From contig OZ024740.1 of the NCBI GenBank assembly GCA_964016885.1, forward strand, positions 29,698,001 to 29,762,000: a stretch of 64,000 bases of DNA. The letters run 5' to 3'. The notes under the pieces are model-generated. The model did not search any database and was not told where the DNA came from. It saw only the letters and a program-made list of their open reading frames with translations. Shown in pieces: positions 1-13,000 of the stretch. The translations under genes and the position numbers were made by a program. Source of the DNA: Eledone cirrhosa. Its lineage: Eukaryota. The first letter of the stretch is position 1; the number at the start of each line of letters is the position of its first letter.

Positions 1-23
1 TATGGTGTACGTATCCATGTATG

Positions 24-620
<597 letters not shown>

Positions 621-659
621 GTGCATGTGTGCGTGTTATGTGTTTTTGTCCGTGTGAAA

Positions 660-780
660 ACGCACATATATACATACATACGTTTACACACACATGCACA
701 CACAGAAACACATACACACACACACACGCACATACACACAAACACACACACATGCACACAAACACACACATACACATACA
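660..780. repeat. (CA)n microsatellite, degenerate
   Basis: Runs of acacac/catacac. Confidence 0.9.
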
Positions 781-828
781 TGCTCCCATTTAGATATATT
801 TCTATCAATCTCTCATGTCTAAAATCAT

Positions 829-1030
829 ATTTTCTATCTCTCTCTCTTTCCTTCTCATTCTTTCCTTTTTCTTCTCTCTTTCATTCCCTCTGCCCTTTCT
901 CTCTCTCTCTCTCTCTCTCGCTCTCTCTCTCTCAATTCTCTGTTTTTCGCCGAATCTCTCAATCTACCTACCTATCTCTCTCTCTCTTTCCACCTCTATC
1001 CCTCTCCCTCTCTCTCATTCTTACTCCTTT
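829..1030. repeat. (CT)n-rich low-complexity tract leading into the 30-bp array
   Basis: ctctct runs (e.g. 899-931) within a pyrimidine-rich background. Confidence 0.85.
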
Positions 1031-1037
1031 TCTTCCT

Positions 1038-4000
1038 CCCTCTATCATTTCCACTCCCTCTCTTTCTCCCTCTACCATTTCATCTCTCTCTCCTTCTCCC
1101 TCTATCATTTCCACCCCCTCTTTCTCCCACTATCATTTCCACCCCCTCTTTCTCCCTCTATCATTTCCACTCCCTCTCTTTCTCCCTCTATCATTTCCAC
1201 CCCCTCTCTTTCTCCCTCTATCATTTCCTCCCCCTCTCTTTCTCCCTCTATCATTTCCACTCCCTCTCTTTCTCCCTCTATCATTTCCACTCCCTCTCTT
1301 TCTCCCTCTATCATTTCCACCCCTCTCTTTCTCCCTCTATCATTTCCTCCCCCTCTCTTTCTCCCTCTATCATTTCCACTCCCTCTCTTTCTCCTTCTAT
1401 CATTTCCACTCCCACTCTTTCTCCCTCTATCATTTCAACTCCCTCTCTTTTTCCCTCTATCATTTCCACCCCCTCTCTTTCTCCCTCTATTATTTCCACC
1501 CCCTCTCTTTCTCCCTCTATTATTTCCACCCCCTCTCTTTCTCCCTCTATCATTTCCAGTCCCTCTCTTACTCCCTCTATCATTTCCACCCCCTCTCTTT
1601 TTCCCTCTATCATTTCCACTCCTTCTCTTTCTCCCTCTAACATTTCCACTCCCTCTCTTTCTCCCTCTATCATTCCCCTCCCTCTCTTTCTCCCTCTATC
1701 ATTTCCATCCCCTCTCTTTTTCCCTCTATCATTTCCACACCCTCTCTTTCTTCCTGTAACATTTCCACTCCCTCTCTTTCTCCGTCTATTATTTCCACCC
1801 CCTCTCTTTCACCTTTTATCATTTGCACCCCCTCTCTTTCTCCCTCTATCATTTCCACCCCCTCTCTTTTTCCCTCTATCATTTCCACCCCCTCGCTTTC
1901 TCTCTCTACCATTTCATCTCCCTCTCTTTCTCCCTCTATTATTTCCACACCCTCTCTTTCTCCCTCGATCATTTGCACCCCCTCTTTCTCCCTCTATCAT
2001 TTCCTGCCCCTCTCTTTCTCCCTCTATCATTTCCTCCCCCTCGCTTTCTCCCTCTATCATTTGCACCCCCTCTCTTTCTCCCCGAATCATTTCCACCCCC
2101 TCTCTTTCTCCCTCTATCATTTCCACCCGTCTCTTTTCCCTCTATTAATTCCACTCCCTCTCTTTCTCCCTCAATAATTTCCACCCCACCCCTCTTTCTC
2201 CCTCTATCATTTCCACTCCCTCTCTTTCTCTCTCTATCATTTCCACCCTTTCTCTTTCTCCCTCTATCATTTCCCCTCCCTCTCTTTCTCCCTCTATCAT
2301 TTCCACTCCCTCTCTTTCTCCCTCTATCATTTCCACTCACTCTCTTTCTCCCTCTATCATTTCCCCTCCCTCTCTTTCTCCCTCTATCATTTCCGCTCCC
2401 TCTCTTTCTCCCTCTATCAGTTCCATTCCCTCTCTTTCTCCCTCTATCATTTCCACCCCTCTCTTTCTCCCTCTACCATTTCCACTCCCTCTCTTTCTCC
2501 CTCTATTATTTCCACCCCCTCTCTTTCTCCCTCTATCATTTCCAACCCCTCTTTTTCTCCCTCTATTATTTCATCTCCCTCTCTTTCTTCCTCTATTATT
2601 TCCACACCCTCTTTTTCTCCCTCTATCATTTCCACCCCCTCTTTCTCCCTCTATCATTTCCTCCCCCTATCTTTCTCCCTCTATCATTTCCGCTCTCTCT
2701 CTTTCTCCCTCTATCATTTACCCACACTCTCTTTCTCCCTCTATCATTTCCACTCACACTCTTTCTCCCTCTATCATTTCCCCTCCCTCTATGTCTCCCT
2801 CTATCATTTCCCCTCCTTCTCTTTCTCCCTCTATCATTTCATCTCCCTCTCTTTTTCCCTCTATCATTTACACTCCCTCTCTTTCTCCCTCTATCATTTC
2901 TACTCTCTCTCTTTCTCCCTCTATCAGTTCCACTCCCACTCTTTCAACCTCTATCATTTCATCTCCCTCTCTTTCTCCCTCTATCATTTCATCTCCCTCT
3001 CTTTTTCCCTCTATCATTTACACTCCCTCTCTTTCTCCCTCTATCATTTACGCCCTCTCTCTTTCTCCCTCTATCAGTTCCACTCCCACTCTTTCTCCCT
3101 CTATCATTTCATCTCCCTCTCTTTCTCCCTCTATCATTTCATCTCCCTCTCTTTCTCCCTCTATCATTTCCACTACCTCTCTTTCTCCCTCTATCATTTC
3201 CACCCCCTCTCTTTCTCCCTCTATCATTTCCCCTCCCTCTCTTTCTCCCTCTATTATTTCCACCCCCTCTCTTTCTCCCTCTATCATTTCCCCTCCCTCT
3301 CATTCTCCCTCTCATTCTCCCTCTATCATTTCATCCCCCTCTCTTTCTCCCTCTATTATTTCCTCCCCCTCGCTTTCTCTCTCTATTATTTCCACCCCTC
3401 TCTTTCTCCCTCTATCATTTCCACTCCCTCTCTTTCTACCTCTATCATTTCCACCCCCTCTCTTTCTCCCTCTATCATTTCCCCTCCTTCTCTTTCTCCC
3501 TCTATCATTCCCCCCCCCCTCTCTTTCTCTATCTCTATCATTTCCACTCCCTCTCTTTCTCCCTCTATCATTTCCCCTCCCTCTCTTTCTCCCTCTAACA
3601 TTTCCACTCCCTCTCTTTCTCCCTCTATCATTTCCCCTCCCTCTCTTTCTCCCTCTATCATTTCCACTCTCTCTCTTTCTCCCTCTATTATTTCCACCCC
3701 CTCTCTTTCTCCCTCCATCATTTCCAACCCCTCTCTTTCTCCCTCTATCAATACCCCTCCCTCTCTTTCTCCCTCTAAAATTTCCACTCCCTCTCTTCCT
3801 CCCTCCTTCAATTCCCCTCCCTCTCTTTCTCCCTCTATCATTTCATCTCCCTCTATCAATTCCACCCCCTCTCTTTTTCCCTCTATCATTTCCACCCCAT
3901 CTTTCTCCCTCTATCATTTTTTCCCCCTCTCTTTCTACCTCTATCATTTCCACTCCCTCTCTTTTTCCCTGTATCATTTCCACCCCCACTCTTTCTCCCT

Positions 4001-7000
4001 CTATCATTTCCAGTGACTCTCTTACTCCCTCTATCATTTCCACCCCCTCTCTTTTTCCCTCTATCATTTCCACTCCCTCTCTTTCTCCCTCTAACATTTC
4101 CACTCCCTCTCTTTCTCCCTCTATCATTCCCCTCCCTCTCTTTCTCCCTCTATCATTTCCTCCCCCTCTCTTTCTCCCTCTATCATTTCCCCTCCTTCTC
4201 GTTCTCCCTCTATCATTTCCCCTCCCTCTCTTTCTCTCTCTATCATTTCCCCTCCCTCTCTTTCTCCCTCTATCATTTCCACTCCCTCTCTTTCTCCCTC
4301 TACCATTTCATCTCTCTCTCTTTCTCCCTCTATCATTTCCACCCCCTCTTTCTCCCTCTATCATTTCTTCCCCCTCTCTTTTTCCCTCTATCATTTCCAC
4401 CCCTCTCTTTCTCCCTCTATCATTTCCTCCCCCTCACTTTCTCCCTCTATCATTTCCACCCCCTCTCTTTCTCCCTCTATCATTTCCTCCCCCTCTCTTT
4501 CTCCCTCTATCATTTCCACCCTCTCTCTTTCTCCCACTATCATTTCCACTCCCTCTCTTTCTCCCTCTATCATTTCCACTCCCACTCTTTCTCCCTCTAT
4601 CATTTCAACTCCCTCTCTTTTTCCCTCTATCATTTCCACCCCCTCTCTTTCCCCCTCTATCATTTCATCTCCCTCTCTTTCTCCCTCTATTATTTCCACC
4701 CCCTCTCTTTCACCCTCTATCATTTCCACCCCCTCTCTTTCTCCCTCTATCGTTTCCACCCCCTCTCTTTCTCCCTCTATTATTTCCACTCCCTCTCTTT
4801 TTCCCTGTATCATTTCCACCCCCACTCTTTCTCCCTCTATCATTTCCAGTCCCTCTCTTACTCCCTCTATCATTTCCACCCCCTCTCTTTTTCCCTCTAT
4901 CATTTCCACTCCCTCTCTTTCTCCCTCTAACATTTCCACTCCCTCTCTTTCTCCCTCTATCATTCCCCTCTCTCTCTTTCTCCCTCTATCATTTCCTCCC
5001 CCTCTCTTTCTCACTCTATCATTTCCATCCCTCTCTTTCTCCCTCTATCATTTCCAGTCCCTCTCTTTCTGCCTCTATCATTTCCATCCCCTCTCTTTTT
5101 CCCTCTATCATTTCCACTCCCTCTCTTTCTTCCTGTAACGTTTCCACTCCCTCTCTTTCTCCCTCTATTATTTCCACCCCCTCTCTTTCACCCTTTATCA
5201 TTTGCACCCCCTCTCTTTTTCCCTCTATCATTTCCACCCCCTCTCTTTCTCTCTCTACCATTTCATCTCCCTCTCTTTCTCCCTCTATTATTTGCACACC
5301 CTCTCTTTCTCCATCGATCATTTCCACCCCCTCTTTCTCCCTCTATCATTTCCTGCCCCTCTCTTTCTCCCTCTATCATTTCCTCCCCCTCGCTTTCTCC
5401 CTCTATCATTTGCACCCCCTCTCTTTCTCCCCGAATCATTTCCACCCCCTCTCTTTCTCACTCTATCATTTCCACCCCCTCTCTTTTCCCTCTATTAATT
5501 CCACACCCTCTCTTTCTCCCTCAATAATTTCCACCCCACCCCTCTTTCTCCCTCTATCATTTCCACTCCCTCTCTTTCTCTCTCTATCATTTCCTCCCCT
5601 TCTCTTTCTCCCTCTATCATTTCCATCCCTCTCTTTCTCCCTCTATCATTTCCACTCCCTCTCTTTCTCCCTCTATCATTTCCACTCCCTCTCTTTCTCC
5701 CTCTATCATTTCCACTCACTCTCTTTCTCCCTCTATTATTTCCAACCCCTCTCTTTCACTTTCTATCATTTCCAACCCCTCTCTTTCTCCCTCTATCATT
5801 TCCAACCCCTCTCTTTCTCCCTCTATTATTTCATCTCCCTCTCTTTCTCCCTCTATTATTTCCACACCCTTTTTTCTCCCTCTATCATTTCCACCCCCTC
5901 TTTCTCCCTCTATCATTTCCTCCCCCTATCTTTCTCCCTCTATCATTTCCACTCCCTCTCTTTCCCCCTCTATCATTTCCCCTCACTCTCTTTCTCCCTC
6001 TATCATTTCCACTCACACTCTTTCTCCCTCTATCATTTCCCCTCCCTCTATGTCTCCCTCTATCATTTCCCCTCCCTCTTTTTCTCCCTCTATCATTTCA
6101 TCTCCCTCTCTTTTTCCCTCTATCATTTACACTCCCTCTCTTTCTCCCTCTATCATTTCCGCCCTCTCTCTTTCTCCCTCTATCAGTTCCACTCCCACTC
6201 TTTCTCCCTCTATCATTTCATCTCCCTCTCTTTTTCCCTCTATCATTTCCACTACCTCTCTTTCTCCCTCTATCATTTCCACCCCTCTCTTTCTTCCTCT
6301 ACCATTTCATCACACTCTCTTTCTCCCTCTATCATTTCCACTCACACTCTTTCTCCCTCTATCATTTCCCCTCCCTCTATGTCTCCCTCTATCATTTCCC
6401 CTCCCTCTCTTTCTCCCTCTATCATTTCATCTCCCTCTCTTTTTCCCTCTATCATTTACACTCCCTCTCTTTCTCCCTCTATCATTTCTACTCTCTCTCT
6501 TTCTCCCTCTATCAGTTCCACTCCCACTCTTTCAACCTCTATCATTTCATCTCCCTCTCTTTCTCCCTCTATCATTTCATCTCCCTCTCTTTTTCCCTCT
6601 ATCATTTACACTCCCTCTCTTTCTCCCTCTATCATTTACGCCCTCTCTCTTTCTCCCTCTATCAGTTCCACTCCCACTCTTTCTCCCTCTATCATTTCAT
6701 CTCCCTCTCTTTCTCCCTCTATCATTTCATCTCCCTCTCTTTCTCCCTCTATCATTTCCACTACCTCTCTTTCTCCCTCTATCATTTCCACCCCCTCTCT
6801 TTCTCCCTCTATCATTTCCCCTCCCTCTCTTTCTCCCTCTATTATTTCCACCCCCTCTCTTTCTCCCTCTATCATTTCCCCTCCCTCTCATTCTCCCTCT
6901 CATTCTCCCTCTATCATTTCATCCCCCTCTCTTTCTCCCTCTATTATTTCCTCCCCCTCTCTTTCTCTCTCTATTATTTCCACCCCCTCTCTTTCTCCCT

Positions 7001-10000
7001 CTATCATTTCCGCACCCTCTCTTTCTCCCTCTATCATTTCCACTCCCTCTCTTTCTACCTCTATCATTTCCACCCCCTCTCTTTCTCCCTCTATCATTTC
7101 CCCTCCTTCTCTTTCTCCCTCTATCATTCCCCCCCTTACTTTCTCTATCTCTATCATTTCCACTCCCTCTCTTTCTCCCTCTATCATTTCCCCTCCCTCT
7201 CTTTCTCCCTCTATCATTTCCACTCCCTCTCTTTCTCCCTCTATCATTTCCCCTCCCTCTCTTTCTCCCTCTATCATTTCCACTCTCTCTCTTTCTCCCT
7301 CTATTATTTCCACCCCCTCTCTTTCTCCCTCCATCATTTCCAACCCCTCTCTTTCTCCCTCTATCAATACCCCTCCCTCTCATTCTCCCTCTAAAATTTC
7401 CACTCCCTCTCTTCCTCCCTCTTTCAATTCCCCTCCCTCTCTTTCTCCCTCTATCATTTCATCTCCCTCTATCAATTCCACCCCCTCTCTTTTTCCCTCT
7501 ATCATTTCCACCCCATCTTTCTCCCTCTATCATTTTTCCCCCTCTCTTTCTACCTCTATCATTTCCACTCCCTCTCTTTTTCCCTGTATCATTTCCACCC
7601 CCACTCTTTCTCCCTCTATCATTTCCAGTGACTCTCTTACTCCCTCTATCATTTCCACCCCCTCTCTTTTTCCCTCTATCATTTCCACTCCCTCTCTTTC
7701 TCCCTCTAACATTTCCACTCCCTCTCTTTCTCCCTCTATCATTCCCCTCCCTCTCTTTCTCCCTCTATCATTTCCTCCCCCTCTCTTTCTTCCTCTATCA
7801 TTTCCCCTCCTTCTCTTTCTCCCTCTATCATTTCCCCTCCCTCTCTTTCTCTCTCTATCATTTCCCCTCCCTCTCTTTCTCCCTCTATCATTTCCACTCC
7901 CTCTCTTTCTCCCTCTACCATTTCATCTCTCTCTCTTTCTCCCTCTATCATTTCCACCCCCTCTTTCTCCCTCTATCATTTCTTCCCCCTCTCTTTTTCC
8001 CTCTATCATTTCCACCCCTCTCTTTCTCCCTCTATCATTTCCTCCCCCTCACTTTCTCCCTCTATCATTTCCACCCCCTCTCTTTCTCCCTCTATCATTT
8101 CCTCCCCCTCTCTTTCTCCCTCTATCATTTCCACCCCCTCTCTTTCTCCCACTATCATTTCCACTCCCTCTCTTTCTCCCTCTATCATTTCCCCTCCCAC
8201 TCTTTCTCCCTCTATCATTTCAACTCTCTCTCTTTTTCCCTCTATCATTTCCACCCCCTCTCTTTCTCCCTCTATCATTTCATCTCCCTCTCTTTCTCCC
8301 TCTATTATTTCCACCCCCTCTCTTTCACCCTCTATCATTTCCACCCCCTCTCTTTCTCCCTCTATCATTTCCACCCCCTCTCTTTCTCCCTCTATTATTT
8401 CCACTCCCTCTCTTTTTCCCTGTATCATTTCCACCCCCACTCTTTCTCCCTCTATCATTTCCAGTCCCTCTCTTACTCCCTCTATCATTTCCACCCCCTC
8501 TCTTTTTCCCTCTATCATTTCCACTCCCTCTCTTTCTCCCTCTAACATTTCCACTCCCTCTCTTTCTCCCTCTATCATTCCCCTCCCTCTCTTTCTCCCT
8601 CTATCATTTCCTCCCCCTCTCTTTCTCCCTCTATCATTTCCATCCCTCTCTTTCTCCCTCTATCATTTCCAGTCCCTCTCTTTCTGCCTCTATCATTTCC
8701 ATCCCCTCTCTTTTTCCCTCTATCATTTCCACTCCCTCTCTTTCTTCCTGTAACATTTCCACTCCCTCTCTTTCTCCCTCTATTATTTCCACCCCCTCTC
8801 TTTCACCCTTTATCATTTGCACCCCCTCTCTTTTTCCCTCTATCATTTCCACCCCCTCTCTTTCTCTCTCTACCATTTCATCTCCCTCTCTTTCTCCCTC
8901 TATTATTTGCACACCCTCTCTTTCTCCCTCGATCATTTCCACCCCCTCTTTCTCCCTCTATCATTTCCTGCCCCTCTCTTTCTCCCTCTATCATTTCCTC
9001 CCCCTCGCTTTCTCCCTCTATCATTTGCACCCCCTCTCTTTCTCCCCGAATCATTTCCACCCCCTCTCTTTCTCACTCTATCATTTCCACCCCCTCTCTT
9101 TTCCCTCTATTAATTCCACACCCTCTCTTTCTCCCTCAATAATTTCCACCCCACCCCTCTTTCTCCCTCTATCATTTCCACTCCCTCTCTTTCTCTCTCT
9201 ATATATTCCTCCCCTTCTCTTTCTCCCTCTATCATTTCCATCCCTCTCTTTCTCCCTCTATCATTTCCACTCCCTCTCTTTCTCCCTCTATCATTTCCAC
9301 TCCCTCTCTTTCTCCCTCTATCATTTCCACTCACTCTCTTTCTCCCTCTATTATTTCCAACCCCTCTCTTTCACTTTCTATCATTTCCAACCCCTCTCTT
9401 TCTCCCTCTATCATTTCCAACCCCTCTCTTTCTCCCTCTATTATTTCATCTCCCTCTCTTTCTCCCTCTATTATTTCCACACCCTTTTTTCTCCCTCTAT
9501 CATTTCCACCCCCTCTTTCTCCCTCTATCATTTCCTCCCCCTATCTTTCTCCCTCTATCATTTCCACTCCCTCTCTTTCCTCCTCTATCATTTCCCCTCA
9601 CTCTCTTTCTCCCTCTATCATTTCCACTCACACTCTTTCTCCCTCTATCATTTCCCCTCCCTCTATGTCTCCCTCTATCATTTCCCCTCCCTCTTTTTCT
9701 CCCTCTATCATTTCATCTCCCTCTCTTTTTCCCTCTATCATTTACACTCCCTCTCTTTCTCCCTCTATCATTTCCGCCCTCTCTCTTTCTCCCTCTATCA
9801 GTTCCACTCCCACTCTTCTCCCTCTATCATTTCATCTCCCTCTCTTTTCCCTCTATCATTTCCACTACCTCTCTTTCTCCCTCTATCATTTCCACCCTCT
9901 CTTTCTTCCTCTACCATTTCATCACACTCTCTTTCTCCCTCTATCATTTCCACTCACACTCTTTCTCCCTCAATCATTTCCCCTCCCTCTATGTCTCCCT

Positions 10001-13000
10001 CTATCATTTCCCCTCCCTCTCTTTCTCCCTCTATCATTTCATCTCCCTCTCTTTTCCCTCTATCATTTACACTCCCTCTCTTTCTCCCTCTATCATTTCT
10101 ACTCTCTCTCTTTCTCCCTCTATCAGTTCCACTCCCACTCTTTCAACCTCTATCATTTCATCTCCCTCTCTTTCTCCCTCTATCATTTCATCTCCCTCTC
10201 TTTTCCCTCTATCATTTACACTCCCTCTCTTTCTCCCTCTATCATTTACGCCCTCTCTCTTTCTCCCTCTATCAGTTCCACTCCCACTCTTCTCCCTCTA
10301 TCATTTCATCTCCCTCTCTTTCTCCCTCTATCATTTCATCTCCCTCTCTTTCTCCCTCTATCATTTCCACTACCTCTCTTTCTCCCTCTATCATTTCCAC
10401 CCCCTCTCTTTCTCCCTCTATCATTTCCACCCCCTCTCTTTCTCCCTCTATTATTTCCACCCCCTCTCTTTCTCCCTCTATCATTTCCCCTCCCTCTCAT
10501 TCTCCCTCTCATTCTCCCTCTATCATTTCATCCCCCTCTCTTTCTCCCTCTATTATTTCCTCCCCTCTCTTTCTCTCTCTATTATTTCCACCCCCTCTCT
10601 TTCTCCCTCTATCATTTCCGCACCCTCTCTTTCTCCCTCTATCATTTCCACTCCCTCTCTTTCTACCTCTATCATTTCCACCCCCTCTCTTTCTCCCTCT
10701 ATCATTTCCCCTCCTTCTCTTCTCCCTCTATCATTCCCCCCCTTACTTTCTCTATCTCTATCATTTCCACTCCCTCTCTTTCTCCCTCTATCATTTCCCC
10801 TCCCTCTCTTTCTCCCTCTATCATTTCCACTCCCTCTCTTTCTCCCTCTATCATTCCCCTCCCTCTCTTTCTCCCTCTATCATTTCCACTCTCTCTCTTT
10901 CTCCCTCTATTATTTCCACCCCCTCTCTTCTCCCTCCATCATTCCAACCCCTCTCTTCTCCCTCTATCAATACCCCTCCCTCTCATTCTCCCTCTAAATT
11001 TCCACTCCCTCTCTTCCTCCCTCTTTCAATTCCCCTCCCTCTCTTTCTCCCTCTATCATTTCATCTCCCTCTATCAATTCCACCCCCTCTCTTTTTCCCT
11101 CTATCATTTCCACCCCATCTTTCTCCCTCTATCATTTTTCCCCCTCTCTTTCTACCTCTATCATTTCCACTCCCTCTCTTTTCCCTGTATCATTTCCACC
11201 CCCACTCTTCTCCCTCTATCATTTCCAGTGACTCTCTTACTCCCTCTATCATTTCCACCCCTCTCTTTTTCCCTCTATCATTTCCACTCCCTCTCTTTCT
11301 CCCTCTAACATTTCCACTCCCTCTCTTTCTCCCTCTATCATTCCCTCCCTCTCTTTCTCCCTCTATCATTTCCTCCCCTCTCTTCTTCCTCTATCATTTC
11401 CCCTCCTTCTCTTTCTCCCTCTATCATTTCCCCTCCCTCTCTTTCTCTCTCTATCATTCCCCTCCCTCTCTTTCTCCCTCTATCATTCCACTCACTCTTT
11501 CTCCCTCTACCATTTCATCTCTCTCTCTTTCTCCCTCATCATTCCACCCCCTCTTCTCCCTCTATCATTTCTTCCCCTCTCTTTTTCCCTCTATCATTTC
11601 CACCCCTCTCTTTCTCCCTCTATCATTCCTCCCCCTCACTTTCTCCCTCATCATTTCCACCCCTCACTCTTCTCCCACTATCATTTCCTCCCCCTCTCTT
11701 TCTCCCTCTATCATTTCCACCCCCTCTCTTTCTCCCACTATCATTTCCACTCCCTCTCTTCTCCCTCTATCATTTCCCCTCCCACTCTTTCTCCCTCTAT
11801 CATTTCAACTCTCTCTCTTTTCCCTCTATCATTCCACCCCCTCTCTTTCTCCCTCTATCATTTCATCTCCCTCTCTTTCTCCCTCTATTATTTCCACCCC
11901 CTCTCTTTAACCCTCTATCATTCCACCCCCTCTCTTTCTCCCTCTATCATTTCCACCCCCTCTCTTTCTCCCTCTATTATTCCACTCCCTCTCTTTTCCC
12001 TTATCATTTCCACCCCACTCTTTCTCCCTCTATCATTTCCAGTCCCTCTCTTACTCCCTCTATCATTTCCACCCCTCTCTTTTTCCCTCTATCATTTCAC
12101 TCCCTCTCTTTCTCCCTCTAACATTTCCACTCCCTCTCTTTCTCCCTCTATCATTCCCTCCCTCTCTTTCTCCCTCTATCATTTCCTCCCCCTCTCTTTC
12201 TCCCTCTATCATTTCCATCCCTCTCTTTCTCCCTCTATCATTTCCAGTCCCTCTCTTCTCACTCTATCATTTCCACCCCCTCTCTTTTCCCTCTATTAAT
12301 TCCACACCCTCTCTTCTCCCTCAATAATTTCCACCCACCCTCTTTCTCCCTCTATCATTTCCACTCCCTCTCTTCTCTCTCTATCATTTCCTCCCTTCTC
12401 TTTCTCCCTCTATCATTTCCATCCCTCTCTTTCTCCCTCTATCATTTCCACTCCCTCTCTTTCTCCCTCTATCATTTCCACTCCCTCTCTTTCTCCCTCT
12501 ATCATTTCCACTCACTCTCTTCTCCCTCTATTATTTCCAACCCCTCTCTTTCACTTTCTATCATTTCCACCCCCTCTCTTTCTCCCTCTATCATTTCCAA
12601 CCCTCTCTTTCTCCCTCTATTATTTCATCTCCCTCTCTTTCTCCCTCTATTATTTCCACACCCTTTTTTCTCCCTCTATCATTTCCACCCCCTCTTTCTC
12701 CCTCTATCATTTCACTCCCACTATCTTTCTCCCTCTATCATTTCCACTCCCTCTCTTTCCTCCTCTATCATTTCCCCTCCCTCTCTTTCTCCCTCTATCA
12801 TTTCACTCCCACTCTTTTTCCCTCCCTCTCTTTCTCCNNNNNNNNNNNNNNNNNNNNNNNNNNNNNNNNNNNNNNNNNNNNNNNNNNNNNNNNNNNNNNN
12901 NNNNNNNNNNNNNNNNNNNNNNNNNNNNNNNNNNNNNNNNNNNNNNNNNNNNNNNNNNNNNNNNNNNNNNNNNNNNNNNNNNNNNNNNNNNNNNNNNNNN

